A stretch of DNA of 64,000 bases, taken from contig NW_026867441.1 in assembly GCF_020745735.1 (NCBI RefSeq), positions 417,951 to 481,950 of the forward strand. Direction: 5' to 3'. A model generated the notes under the pieces. It worked only from the letters and a program-made list of their open reading frames with translations, did no database searches and was not told where the DNA came from. The DNA is from Hemiscyllium ocellatum. Its lineage: Eukaryota. The translations under genes and the position numbers were made by a program. Position 1 is the first letter of the stretch. Each line of letters opens with the position of its first letter. Of the stretch, positions 36,420 to 49,460 are shown piece by piece.

Positions 36420-39400
36420 CCAAAACCTCTGACTGCAGGACTACATCCCTTTTCTCCCTCTGTCACTGGGACCGATGTGGACCACGAACTGCTGCCTGTT
36501 CCCCCTCTCCCCTCAGGGTGGTCTGCAGCCGCTCAGTGCTATCCTTGACGCTGGCACCAGGGAGACAACACACCATCCTGGATTCCCATCTGCAGCTGCA
36601 GAAACACCTATCGACTGCCTTCACTCTCCAATCTCCTCTCACTATCACTCTTCCAGTTTTCCTTGTGCCCCCCTGTACAGCTGGGTCCCCCCGTGGTGCC
36701 AGGGACTTCGCCCTGGCTACACTCCCCAGATGAACCATCATTCGCATCAGGATTCTGAACTGAATCCTGGTTGGAGAGTAGGATGTCTGGGGATTCCTGT
36801 ACTAGCTGCCTGGTCCTTTTGGACTGTCTGCTGTTCCCCATTCCCTCTCTCCCTGCATACTCTGAAGCTGCGGAGTGGCCACATCTAGAAACGTGCTCTC
36901 CACGGAGCTCTCAGCCTCACGGACACTCCGCACTGACACCAGCTGCTGCTCAAGCTCCAAAACCGGAGCTCCAACTGCTGTCACTGACCACACTTCCTGT
37001 ACTCATGGTATTCCAGGAGCTGGGAAACATTCTGAAGTTCCCACATGGATGCACACTCTCTCCACTCTTGGATAATCTCTTTGCAAAGTTCTGATGACAA
37101 ACAGCTACTACAGCAGGGCTCAGAGTCCAGTGTTCAGTGGGTTCAGTGTTCCAGGGTTTTGGAGAAACTCTCCAAAAGACTTTAAGAAATAGGAGCAGAA
37201 ATCAGCCATTCAGCCCATTGAATCTGCTCTGCCATTTGACCTTGGCAGATATGCTTCTCACCCCCATTCGTCTTCCTACTCCACAAGAATGTTCGATCCC
37301 CTTCACAATCACGAACCTACCTATCTCTGTCTTAAATACACTCAGTGACTTGGCCTCCCTGCCCTCTGTAACAATGAGTTCCACAGATTCACCACCCTCT
37401 GGCTGAAGAAATCCCTCCTCATCTCAGGTCTAATGGGTCGGCCCTTCATTCTGAGGCTGTGCCTTGGTTAGCGAGTCTCTCCTGTTTTCGGAAACATCTT
37501 CTCCACATCCACTCTATCCAGGCCTATCTGTATTCTGTAAATTTCAATAAGATCCCGCCTCGTCCTTCTAAACTCCATTGAGTACAGACCCAGAGTCCTT
37601 AACCATGCCTCATATGACAAGCCCTCCATCCCCAGGATCATTCTTGTAAACCCCTCCAATGCCAGCACATTGTTTCTTACAATATGGGTCCTAAATCTGC
37701 TCACAATATTCCAAATTCAGTCTGACCAGAGCCTTACACAGCCTTAGCAGTACATCTCTGCCCTTGTATTCTGGCCCTATTGAAATGAATGCTAATATTT
37801 CATTTACCTTCCCAAGCACAAACCACACCTGCCTGTTCACCTTAAGAAAATCCTGAATGAGGTTTGTGCTTTAGATTTCCAAAGGCTTTCCTCATTTAGA
37901 AAATACCTCCACACCCTGACTCCATTGATTCCTGAAAGATCATCAAAAATGTCTCCACAATCTCCTCAGTGATCTCCTTCAGAACACACTGGTGTAATTC
38001 ATCTAGTCTGGGTGAGTTATCCACACTCAGACATTTCAGCTTCCCCAGTACCTCCTCCTTAATAATGGCCACTGCTCTCACCTCTGTCCCCTGACAGTCT
38101 TGAAGGACTGGGACACTGCTGGTGTTTTCCATTGTGCAGACTGATGTAATGTATGGATTCAATTCCTCTGCTTTTTCTTCATTTCCTATTATTCTTTTTC
38201 CAATGTCTATTTCTGCCTCCATCTTCCTTTTTATATATCTGATGAAACTCTTGCAATCTTCTTTTATATTACTGGCTCGCTTTCCCCCACATTTCACCTT
38301 CGGTACCCTGAATGTGTTTTTTCAGTTATCCTCTACAGGTTTTTAAAGACTTCCTAACCCTCTGGCCTCCCACTATTTTCCACCACATTGTGTGCTTTTT
38401 CTTTTGCTTTTATGCTGTCCTTGACCTCCCTCATCAGCCATGGTTACATTGTCCTCCCCTTAGTGTGTTTCTTCTTTTTTGGGATGAATTCCTACTCTGC
38501 TTCCTGAATTACCCCCAGAAACTCTGCTGTTTGCTGCCACATCATCTTACCTGCTCGGCTCCCCTTCCAATCAACTCTGGCCAGCTCCTTCCTCACGCCT
38601 TTGTCGTTCCCTTTACTCAACTGAAATACTGTACCATCTGATTACAGCTTCTCCCTCTCAAACTACAGGGGGAATTCTATCGTATTATGGTCACTTATCC
38701 AGAAGGATACTTTCACCTTCAGCTCACTAATCAAGTTTGCCTCATTACACATCACTGAATCCAGAACTGCCTGTTCCAAACCGCAAGCTGTTTCAAAAAC
38801 CATCTCATAGACATTCCATGAGAGACGTGCTACCCAATCCACCTCTCCATTTTTTTTAATGGATTTTCTGTCTCCTGATTGATTTCCTTCCCCACACCCT
38901 GTTTACTGCTTGGAGACCTGAACTTGCATCAGATTCTTTATTTCTTGGGTTCCTCAACACTCCCCACACAGATTGTACACCTTCTGACTGTATCTTTCTT
39001 GCTATTGATTTAAAGTCATTTCTTACTAACAAGGCAACTCCTGTACCTCTGCTCTTCTGCCTGTCTTTTTGATAGATCATGTATCCTTGGATATTTAGTT
39101 CCCAGCCCGGATCCCCTTACAGCCATGTCCCTGTGATACCCACAACATCGTACCTGCCATTTAATTACAACACCCTCAGTCCTGCATTGACTGCCCTCCT
39201 TCTCATCATTGTTCCTCTTATCTGATGTGCTTGACATTTGATTCCTGATCCCTTCCATGCTCTCAGTCCTATTACATCTTCCAGAATCTTTGCTAACCTC
39301 TCCTGAGCCCTCCTCCACTTTAACTAGTTTAAGTTACTTGGAAACTCAATTTACCTCGATTTGGGGCATCACTTTGTCTCCCTGACTCGGAATGCTTCGT

Positions 39401-39780
39401 GCATTTAGACACAAAATCTTTAAGGTTGATCTATTCTTGACTTTCCCTGCACTTTTATGGCATCTTTGATATTCAAAAATTCCCTCCCTTCCTTTTATTT
39501 TTTGGTAACAATCAATCCCATCACTAACCAGCAATCCTACCTTCTCCTTTACCTTCCATTTTCACATTTTCCATCCAACTGAACCAAATTCCTTTCTCTT
39601 TGGGTTGAGTTCAGGACAATATTTATCCTTGAACCAAAATCATGAAGAATGCTCTTTGATCTTATTGCTTCCAGTGGGATCTTGCTGTGTAGAAATTGGC
39701 TGTCCCTTTCCTGAAATTGCAACAGTGACTGGTTTTCAAGCAAAGTGTAACTGTCTTTGGGAGAGTCTGAGGTGCTGAGG
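36420..39780 (-). mobile_element. CR1-like remnants: ORF1 esterase (36420-37080) and a separate ORF2-to-tail copy (37180-39780)
   Basis: SRMVCCLPGASVKDSTERLQTTLRGEGEQ; LKILCLNARSI (ORF2 start, about 39400); tail at 37185. Confidence 0.8.
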
Positions 39781-39789
39781 GCTTGATTG

Positions 39790-40560
39790 AAACACAATTA
39801 GAGTCATAGAGATGTACAGCATGGAAACAGACTCTTCGATCTGACTCATCCATGTCAACCACAGAGACATAGAGTCATAGTGTCATAGAGATGTACAGCA
39901 CAGAAATAGATCCTTCTGTGTAACTTGTCCATATCGACCAGATAACCTAAATTAATCTAGTCCCATTTGTCAGTATTTGGTCCATATCCTTCTAAACCCT
40001 TCCTATTCATATACTCACCCAAATGCCTTTTAAATGTTATCATACCAGCCTCCACCACTTCCTCTGGCAGCTCATTCCAAAAATGTACCACTCTTGCAGG
40101 AAAACATCATGCCTTAGTTCCCGTTTAAATCATTCTCCTGATACTTTCCACCTATGCTCTCTAGTTCTGGACTCCTTCACTCTGACCAAAATATCTTCTC
40201 TATTCACTTGATCAATGCCCCTCATTATGTTAGAAACCTCGATATGGTCATCCCTCAGCCTCCAGCGATCCAGGGAAAATAGCCTCAGCCTATTCAGCCT
40301 CTCCCGATTGCTCAAACCCTCCAACTTGGCAACATCTTTGGAAATCTTTTCTGAACCAGTTTAAGGTTCCCAACATTTTTCCTACAGCAGGGAGGCCAGA
40401 ATTCCACACAGTATTCCAAAAGGGGCCAAACTAATGTCCTGTACAGGTGCATCAGCTCCTAACTCCAATACTCAATGCACTGCCCAATAAAGGGAAGCAT
40501 GCCAAGTGACTTTGTCGCTCCCCTACCTACCTGCAACTCCACTTTCAAGGAACTAATCTT
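39790..40560 (-). mobile_element. CR1-like 3' fragments
   Basis: LNRLRLFSLDRWRLRDDHIEV on the minus strand. Confidence 0.78.
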
Positions 40561-40659
40561 TTTTGGGATGAACTGGGAGTCTTTCAGAGGTGCTTTTCCT
40601 AAACACCCTGTTCAGAAACAAACTTCTTGCTTTCACACTCAACTAAAAATAAGATAAAG

Positions 40660-40995
40660 GAGGTGATGATTTAATGGTACTATCGCTGAGCTGTTCATCC
40701 AGAGATCCAGATTAATGTTCTGGGGGCCAGGGTTAGAATCCTGCCGCAGCAGATGGTGGAATGTGAATTCAATTTTAAAAATCTGCAATTAAGTGTCTAA
40801 TGATGACCATGAAACAATTATTGATTGTCAGGAAAAAGCCATTTGATTCCCTGATGCCCTTTAGGGAAGGAAACTGCCATCCTCACCATGTGACTCCAGA
40901 CCCACAGCAATGTGGTTGACTCTAAACTGCCCTCTGGGTGATGAGGGATGGGCAATAAATGCTGATCCTATCAGTGACACTCACATCCCAAGAAG
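40660..40995 (+). mobile_element. tRNA-type SINE of a second family (other copies about 48170-48480 minus, 50620-50860, 54880-54970)
   Basis: B-box-like gggttagaatcc, body cctttagggaaggaaactgcc...cagcaatgtggttgactct, tail gggcaataaatgctg. Confidence 0.7.
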
Positions 40996-41133
40996 CAATT
41001 TAAACAATGCTTGTTTTTTTATGGGGATTGTTAGGTATTGGCTACAAATGTTCAAACATTTTATCAATGAATATTCTGAGAGTTGAAATCCCTTCAAATG
41101 GCAGGGATTAAAATTGTTTCTCTTGTCTTTCAG

Positions 41134-41418
41134 GCCGTGAGAACTCTCAGCCCAAGCTGACCCTGCTGCCCCCCCTCCCCGGAGCAGGTCAATGCCAAGG
41201 GCACTGCCACCCTGGGGAAGAAGGACGGTGCAGTCATTTCGGACGGGGTTCAGACCAGCAACTACCTGCGAGCTTTGGACAGCACCTACAGTGTCAGCAG
41301 CCTGCTGACCCTCCCTGGGTCTGACTGGGAGTCCAATGCTCGCTTCTCCTGTGCCCTCACTCACGTGACCCTCCCCTCTCCCCTCAGCAAGAGCATCAGG
41401 AGATCAGAATGTGTGTAG
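41134..41418 (+). pseudogene. IGKC: Ig kappa-type C exon (C1), pseudogene: +1 C in the Pro-Pro poly-C tract and a 45-nt deletion removing the first Cys and the Trp
   Basis: Acceptor TTTCAG, SRENSQPKLTLL, 7 C instead of 6; ACCCTGG|GGAAGAAG lacks VCLANHFYPDKLAVQW relative to C2; ends ...FSCALTHVTLPSPLSKSIRRSECV TAG. Poly(A) signal AATAAA at 41943-41948. Confidence 0.95.
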
Positions 41419-42174
41419 AGTGTTGAGACAGTCCACAGAGGAGACACAACTTTAAATAGAACAGGGCTGAGCTGCAGGACAAAGGTCATTGTCAGCACTG
41501 AATTTCAACTCTCATCCTGCTCAGGACTGGCTCAGAGACACTTCTGAATTTCAGGGGTTATGGCAGTTCATTGGGACAGTGTAGATAGGGCTTTACGCTG
41601 TGTCAAACCCCATGCTGTCCTTGTTCTGGGAGTGTTTAATGGGGACAGGGTTGACTTGTGATGCCAAGTAAAATCTCTTGAAGTTGCTGAAGACTGTCAG
41701 TTGTACAAAACAATGTGAACCTCAGAAGTCTCTGCTTCAGTAAACCAGATCTCCTTCCTGCTCAGCTGCCAGTTCCAATTTAAGGTTTTGTGACTGTTTG
41801 AAGGGACAGGATTCTCATGTTATTGAGCAAACCTCCACAAGTGTTTTCCTCAAGCTCCAATGTGGCTGTGAATTTGAGCAGCTTCCTCTGTCTGGGCTGT
41901 TAATTGCTGACTGTTTTCTGTCAATGTCAATCTGGAAAAGGGAATAAAGATGAAGAAGATTCAGTCCCTGTGTCTGTCTGCTTTGGAGACTGACCACTCC
42001 ATTCAGCTGATTGGCTGTATTTCAGCATGGCATTGTCACAATTGGCTAATTGGCCTGTCAATCAATGACACATCCGTTGTAGAGGATACTGACAGCCAAT
42101 CATCAATCACTTTCAAATTATCCCTTTGATCTGGAATCATTGGATGTTACCAGATTCCAAACAGATCTCCATTA

Positions 42175-43460
42175 ATGACAACCTGGACCATCTCTGACAC
42201 CTCCCTCCCCTTCCTGGAACTCTCCATCTCTATTAATGAAACTGACATTTTTTACAAAACCCACCGACACCGAGGATTCCACCTCTTCCCAACCCACCTC
42301 TTGCAAAAATGCCATCCCGCATTCCCAATTCCTCTGCCTCCGCCATATTTCCTCCCACCACAGAACACACCAGATGGCATCCTTCTTTAGAGACCGCAAT
42401 TTCCCTTCCCATGTGGTCAAAGATGTCCTCCAACGCATCTCGTCCACATCGACCCCTCCACCCTCAAACCCCACCCCTCCAACTATAAAAAGGACAGAAC
42501 CCCCCTGGCGCTCCCCTTCCACCCTACCAACCTTCGCATAAACCACATCATCCGATGACATTTCCGCCACCTCCAAATGGACCCCACCACCAGGGATGTA
42601 TTTCCCTCCCCACCCATTCCTGCTTTCCGCAAAGACCGTTTCCTCCATGACTACTTGGTCAAGTCCACACCCCCCAACAACCCACCCTCCTTTCCTGGCA
42701 CCCTCCCCTGCCACCACAGGAATTGCAAAACCTGCGCCCGCACCTCCTCCCTCACCTCCATCTAGGGCCCCAAAAGAGCCTTCCACATCCATCAAATTTT
42801 TACCAGCACACTCACCAATGTCATTTATTTTATCTGTTGCTCCTGCTGTGGTCTCCTCTACATTGGGGAGACTGGACGCCTCCTTGCAGAGCGCTTTAGG
42901 GAACATCTCCGGGACAACCACACCAATCAACTCCACCGCCCTGTGGCCCAACATTTCAACTCCCCCTCCCACTCTGCCAAGGACAGGCAGGTCCTGGGCC
43001 TCCTCCACCGCTGCTCCCTCACCACCCGACAACTGGAGGAAGAACACCTCATCTTCCACCTCGGAACACTTCAATCCCATGGCATCAATGTGGATTTCAC
43101 CAGTTTCCTCATTTCCCCTTCCCCCATCTCACCCCAGCTCCAAACTTCCAGCTCAGCACCATCCTCATGACCTGTCCTACCTGCTTATCTTCCTTTCCAC
43201 CTACCCACTACAGCCTCCTCTCTGATCTATCACCTCCATCCCCACCCCCATCCACCTATTGTACTCTATGCTGCTTTCTCCCCAACCCCCTCGCATTTAT
43301 CTCTCCACTTTGCAGGCACCCTGCCTCTATTCCTGATGAAGGGCTTTTGCCCAAAACATTGATTTTCCTGCTCCTTGGATGCTGCCTGACCTGCTGTGCT
43401 TTTCCATGACCACTCTGATCTAGCCTCTGGTTTCCAGCATCTGCAGTACTTGTTTTTAAC
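42175..43460 (+). mobile_element. 5'-truncated Penelope-like element: RT thumb, GIY-YIG endonuclease and 3' terminus with a decayed hammerhead (43329-43364)
   Basis: KPTD..CKNAIPHSQFL.LR.I, then NVIYFICCSCCGLLYIGETGRLLAERFREH..GTLQSHGINVDF; frameshifts and stops. Confidence 0.9.
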
Positions 43461-43850
43461 CAAGAAACAGAAAGTTGTGAGGACTCAATAATTACAATCT
43501 TAGGCAATTCTTCTTCACTCTGTGGTCCAGGCTCAGATGCTGGGATTGCACTCTTTGCTGCATGCTGTGTTGTACCTGAAGTGATCTTAGGCCAATCACT
43601 GACACTGCAGGCTGCGTGTCCCTCTGAGTGCGAGTGTACTACATAATGCTGTCTGGAGGTGCCAATCTGAGGGTGGGTGTGTTATTCACAGAGACACCTA
43701 CAAGCATCATGGAGCATGTTACTCAGTGCTGCCTGACTCTCTGAGTGTGTGTGTTACTCAGTGTTGCCTGTAGGTGTCTGTGTGTGTGTGTTATTCTGCA
43801 CTGGCTGTAGGCAGTGCAATGATGTGGAGATGCTGGTGTTGGACTGGGGT

Positions 43851-44053
43851 GTACAAAGTTAAAAATCACACAACACCAGGTTATAGTCCAACAGGATTAA
43901 TTGGAAGCACACTAGCTTTCGGAGCGCCGCTCCTTCATCAAGGGAGTGTCCTCCACAACCACCTGATGATGGAGTGGCGCTCCGAAAGCTAGTGTGCTTC
44001 CAATTAAACCTGAGGGACTATAACCTGGTGTTGTGTGATTTTTAACTTTGTAC
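43851..44053. mobile_element. Fold-back pair of PLE termini (about 90-bp arms)
   Basis: gtacaaagttaaaaatcacacaacaccagg...ccttcatca / tgatga...tgtgatttttaactttgtac. Confidence 0.85.
43960..43994 (+). ncRNA. Minimal type I hammerhead motif (AGCT family)
   Basis: CAC CTGATGA T GGAGT GGC GCTCC GAAAGCTA GTG: stem I CAC/GTG, palindromic AGCT, CUA triplet. Confidence 0.75.
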
Positions 44054-44281
44054 CTCAATGAGTGTGAGTGTGTTACTCTGTGCTGCCTGTCGGTGTCTCT
44101 GAGGTATTTGTCTCCGAGTGATGGGGAGAGAATGGGTTTTGTGATGGGGATTGAAGATTAGGCTTTAATGTCGTCAAATCTCAGGAGAAAAACAACTCAG
44201 TCTGAGATGGCAGCTCATTGAGGTGGCCAAGGTTAAAAATCACACAACACCAGGTTATAGTCCAACAGGTTTCTTTGGAAG

Positions 44282-44316
44282 TACAAGCTTTCGGAGCACT
44301 GCTCCTTCATCAGGCA
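44282..44316 (-). ncRNA. Minimal type I hammerhead motif (AGCT family) in a solo PLE terminus (about 44230-44340)
   Basis: TGC CTGATGA A GGAGC AGT GCTCC GAAAGCTT GTA. Confidence 0.68.
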
Positions 44317-45054
44317 GCTAGTGGGGCAGGATCATAGTTCACAGAATTTACAGTGAAATTGAGATGGCAGCTGAGAAAGGTGAATACTGAGAGTGTATTC
44401 TCAGGAAGAGAGGGATTTCAGAGGCAGTGCACAATGTGCTCCCTAATGTGCTCCCCAATTACAAGGGGATTTTCTGGAGCTGGGATCATTGCAGTAGTGG
44501 CTGTCTGCTCAGCCAATGCTGACTAGCCATAGTCGTATTTCAATGGTCAATTAGCTCTAAACTAGATGCAGCAATATTACCTTACAGGGAGGAGAGCAGT
44601 GACTGAGGTTGAATTCTTGCAGACCCAAGAGGGATTGCAGTGGATTAACTTTGGGCATAAGCTCTTCATTAGGTATGGAAGGAAGGCCAACCTCTCCCAA
44701 AGGCAGCAACAGGCTGGATCAAAGGGGCGTCAAGAGTAAGCATGGGGAGATTGAGGTGTGACCAAAGGAGGTGGTTGGTTGGCTGGCAGTTTGTTATTCA
44801 GAGTCAGGTCCCAGAGTATCAGTCCTTCTGACACTCCCCTTTTTATCTGTCAGCCAGGGCTCCCTGATTGGACGAGGTTAAAAGCCCATCAAGGGGCTCA
44901 TATTTTATTGAAAAAAAAAGCATTTATCAAACAAGGAGCACAAGAGCTAAACGAGACAAGACGAAATGAATGGTTTCATTACGAACGTCACAAATGAGAT
45001 TTGGGAAATAAGATGTGCATTCTGGGTGATGGGAATCTGGAATGGCCTGTCACA

Positions 45055-45390
45055 GACTCCACAGACTGTCACAGTGTGGACACAGGCCATTTGGCCCAAC
45101 AAGCCAACACCAACCCTCTGAAGACAGACTCCCTGAGACACATTCCCCTACCCTTTTACTCAACATCTCCCCTGACTGACAGATTCTTGATCACTGTGGC
45201 AATTTTAGAATGGCCAATTCACCTAACCTGCACATCTTTGGATTGTGGGAGGGAACTGGAGCATGCAGAGAAAACCCACACAGACACAGGGGGAGCGTGC
45301 AAACTCCACAAAGACAGTTACCTCGGGCTGGAATCGAACCCAGGTCCTTGGTGCTGTGAGGCAGCAGTGCAAACCACTGAGCCACCATAC
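45055..45390 (-). mobile_element. V-SINE (HE1-like)
   Basis: Same head and core as 35501-35805. Confidence 0.82.
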
Positions 45391-46029
45391 TGCACATTAA
45401 AGAACAGGAGCTTTTGTTAAACTCCGTGAGCCTGACGTGATATGAATTATAAACACACAACCCTCTGTCAGGGAAGGTAGTGGAGGCTGGAAACCTTACA
45501 ACATTTAAATATCATAACATGCAAGGATTTGGGATAAGTGCAGGAAATTGGGATTAGAGTCCCTTCAGCGGTAGTTATGCCAGTGCAGACTCAATGGGCC
45601 AAAGGGCCTTTTCTGTGCTGTATTAATCTACGCTCCATGCTGAGAGGGCAGTGCAGGTTAATGGTGACTAGGCTAGACAGTTCCAAGATGGCAAATCAAT
45701 GATCAAGGGTCAGAGGAAATGGCTCAAGCTTCAGTGAAGGCCCAAGTAAGTGCTTGGGAGGAGCGTCAAGGCTAATGCAGACAAGGTCAACGGAGACTGA
45801 CTAAGGGCGTAGGGTGCTGCCTGGCAATCCAGGGGTTGTAGTGAGGCATGTGGGGACAAGAGGGGAGTGTGTAGGGAGGAAGTGCAGTTTCAGTTGAAAT
45901 GCGATCTTTGCCAGCAACAACATGACCTTCAGTACCAGGGGGTGTCCCTGACTGTGTCAGGCTCACTGGCTGCTCTCTGTGTGATTCCACACAGCCACCC
46001 ATGTGGTCACCACGCAAGATCTTGCTCTT

Positions 46030-46220
46030 GTCTACGCTACTGTCTACACCACCATCTGCAACTACCGTCTGGACCTTCTGTCTACAACACCATCTGCTCC
46101 CACCGTCTGCACCCTCAGTCTGCACCCAGCATCCACAGCCACTGTCTAGTCCCTCTGTTTGCACCCACCATCTACACCCACTGTCTACACTGCTGTCTGC
46201 ACCCTCCATCTACACCTCTC
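46030..46220. repeat. Degenerate minisatellite of about 9-12 nt (ccgtctgcac / ctgtctacac)
   Basis: Repeated ctgtctacac, ccatctgc and gtctgcaccc. Confidence 0.75.
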
Positions 46221-46769
46221 ATCTTTCTGCTGTTGTAAGATAGTATCCAATGATTCCATTGAGATTACTGCACCCGAAGCCTGAATTTTAGAACCGGCAA
46301 TGATTGTCTTCTAACTCTGACCTACAAAGTCTGTGTTCCATGTAATAGAAAATTAACAAAATTAGCATTTACTCTGAAATCTAAAAGACAGTGCTTGACT
46401 AAAATTAAAACTTTCTGACACTTTGCTGAAGTATGCAGTCGAGGAGTATGCAGCTTTTCTCTGAGGAACTTTGTAAATATTCAACAAGAGAAAAATATAA
46501 GAACAGTCTGTCCACAACAAGGGAATGAAAAGAATAACAACTCAAATCTTCACAGTCTTTGTCCTTGACAGTGTGATAAGAAACAGGATAAGGCGAATAT
46601 CTGAAATATGCTCAGGGCCCTTACACAAGGCATTTTTGTCAAGTGCATGTGGTTCCCCTGCAATTCAGAGGTTAAAAAAAATGAAGCTCTTTTTGGTTGC
46701 TCTTGCTAATAGTTGAGTCGAGTCAATTTAATTTCCACAACATTCCACAATGGGCTGAGTAATATTAAT

Positions 46770-47250
46770 GACTGAATGCTATTTGATTTCTGTGATGGCA
46801 GGACTGACGTATAAGGAGAGGTTGAGTTGGTGAGGATTGTGTTCACTGGAGTTTAAAACAGTTAAGGAAGGGAACCTTGGAGAAAGCTGTAAAATTGGAA
46901 CAGGATGAGACAAGTCAAATGGAGTAAGGATGTTCCCAATGGTGGGGAAGTCCAGAACCAGGCTCATAGTTTAAGGTTAAGAGGTAAACTCTATAGGACA
47001 GAGATGAGCAAAAATGTATTCACCCAGAGAGTGGTGAGTCTGTGGAATTCTCTGTCACAGAAAGTGGTTGAGGCCAAAACATTATGTTTTCAAGAAGGAG
47101 GTAGAGACAGCTCTTGTGGCGAAGGAACCAAGGCATATGGGGTAGGGAGGGATTACAGTAATGTGCTCCATGATCAGCCACAATCATATTGAGAGGCAGA
47201 GCAGGCTGGAGGGGCCGATGGCCTACTCCTGCTCCTATCCTCTATGTTTC
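46770..47250 (+). mobile_element. CR1-like 3' fragment (similar ones at about 48570-48950 and 49970-50510)
   Basis: HSLRLRGKLYRTEMSKNVFTQRVVSLWNSL and the standard tail. Confidence 0.8.
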
Positions 47251-49149
47251 TACATTGCGTAAAATAGATTGCCAGGTGGAGGGCACTCTGTCAGATGGGT
47301 AAGTATCCATTCACAGATTCCCCCCACACCACTCCCCTTCCATTTTAATTGGGTCTATTCCCTCTCTTCCGATGTCTTTGTTATCTGACCAGTAACCACG
47401 CCTCCCCTTCACCACCCCGGCAGGGAGCTGTGCTTATAACCCATCCTTTGTTTTAATTTGCTAACTGGGTGATGTGGCGGTGGGGCTTTCAAAAACAGGA
47501 AACGCTGAATTCTTATCGCCCCTTGTGCTGATTTTGTTGTGTGTCTCCCTCAATATGGGCGACACAGCACTGCTGCCTCACAGAGCCAGGGAGACAGGTT
47601 CGAGAGTCACACAGCACAGAAATAGGCCCTTTGGCCCACCAAGTCTATGCCAACCACCACCCACTAAACTACACTAATCCCATTTACCCGCAGTTTTCTG
47701 GAGCCTACTGTCTCCTGGAATTAAAAGTGCTCATCCAAATGTATTTTGAAGGTTGTGAGATTTTCAGCCTGCACCACCCTCTCAGGCAGCATGTTCCACA
47801 TAGCTACCACACACTGGATCAAAACATACTTTCATCTTAATCTTATGACCCCTGGTCTTAAACAGATCTGGGTGAGGAGCGGAGGCTGCAGAACAGTGAG
47901 AGAGGTCAGGAGTGGAGAGATGGAGAACAGTGTGAGGGTGAGGAATGGAGGCTGGAGCAGGAAGATGCTTGTGTTCTGGAAAGCAGCACAAATAGGGAAG
48001 AGATCCAAGAGCTGGTGGGAATAGTCTCCATGCTTCCTAACAGTAGCTTTATGGTGGGAAAGAGAATAAATCAGGAGATAATGAGGGCCAGGAACAAAGG
48101 CTGCTCATTAATTACAAATGATTAATTACAATTAATTATCATGTTGATTATTTATAGTCAGATTTATCTTTTTAATTCATTCACAGGATGAGGACATTAC
48201 TGACTAGGACATCATGTATTACCCACCCCTAATTGTCCCAGAGGACAGTTAACAGTCATCCACACTGCTGTGGGATTGGATTCCCATGTAGGCCAGAGAA
48301 GGGAAGGATGGCAGTTACTTCCCTAAAGGACGTTAGTAAACCAGATGGGTTTTCCTGACAATCGACATGGATTCATGGTCATCATTGGACTTTTAATTGC
48401 AGATTTTTTTTTGTTCTTGAATTTAAACTCCCCCATCTGCCGTGGTGGGATTTGAACCTGGGTCCCCGGAACCATATCTGGATCTCTGTGCATTAATCAC
48501 AGAAGGTTAGTGCGTAGGTACAGCAAGTCATCAGGAAAGCTCATAGAACATTCTGGTGTGTTGTGAGGGGAAACTGAACGCAAGGCTTCATTGAAACATG
48601 AAAGATCCTGAGGGGCCTTGACCGGGTGGATGTGGAAAGGATGTTTCCTCTTGCGGGAGAATCCAGAACTAGGGATCACAGTTTAAAATTAAGGGAGAGT
48701 CCATTCAAAACAGAGATTCAGAAACATGATTTTACTCTCAGAGTTGTCAGTCTTTGAAATTCCCTTCCTTAAAAGGCAGTGGATGCAGAATCTTTAGATA
48801 TTTTTAAGGCCGAGGGAAATAGATTCTTGATGACTGAAGGGATGGAACATTATTGGAGGTTAAAATCAGATCAACCACAATCTTACTGAATGGGGGAGTA
48901 GCGTTCAAAGGGCCAAGTGGCCTACTTTTTTTCTTTGCCCATATGTTGCCTCATACACCTTCACACAATCGGAGATTGTCGTTCGTATTTTCTACCTGCA
49001 GATTAAGCTGCTTGTGTAATCGGCCACATCTGCACAGTGTTTTCTCCGGCCTTCCACCATGACATACTGGTCCTATAATCAATCCATTACTCTCTGAGTT
49101 GGTTTATTTAAAACAATAAAGTCATGAAACAAACATTACAGCAAGCAAT

Positions 49150-49460
49150 AATGGGCAACACAGTGCCTCAGTAATTAACACAACTGCCTCACAGCGGCAG
49201 GGACCCACCTCAGGCAGGTCTGTGTGGAGTCTGCATATTCTCCCTCTGTCTGTGTGGGTTTCCTCCCACAGTCCAAAGATCTGCAGGCTGGTAAATTAGC
49301 CGTGCTAAATTGCCCAGAGTGTACAGTGATGTGCAGGCTCGGTGGAGTAGCCATTGAATCATACAGAGAAAGGATAGGGGTCTAGGTAGAATGACCTTCA
49401 AAGGACAGTGTGGACTCAATGGGCTGAATGGCCTACTTCAACACTATCGGGATTCTGTGA
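49150..49460 (+). mobile_element. V-SINE (HE1-like)
   Basis: ctgcctcacagcggcagggacc...tgtgtggagtctgcatattctccc...ggtttcctcccacagtccaaagat. Confidence 0.78.

Larger units (their letters stand above)
43620..44110. repeat. Degenerate minisatellite (gtgtgttactcagtgctgcctg-like) interrupted by a PLE hairpin
   Basis: Unit recurs at about 43715, 43750, 43785 and 44068. Confidence 0.6.

Noticed and set aside
42172-43080. 302-aa minus-strand ORF (and 209-aa ORF 42596-43225)
   Set aside because: Antisense or off-frame shadows of the C-rich Penelope ORF; the real motifs (YIGET) are in other plus-strand frames.
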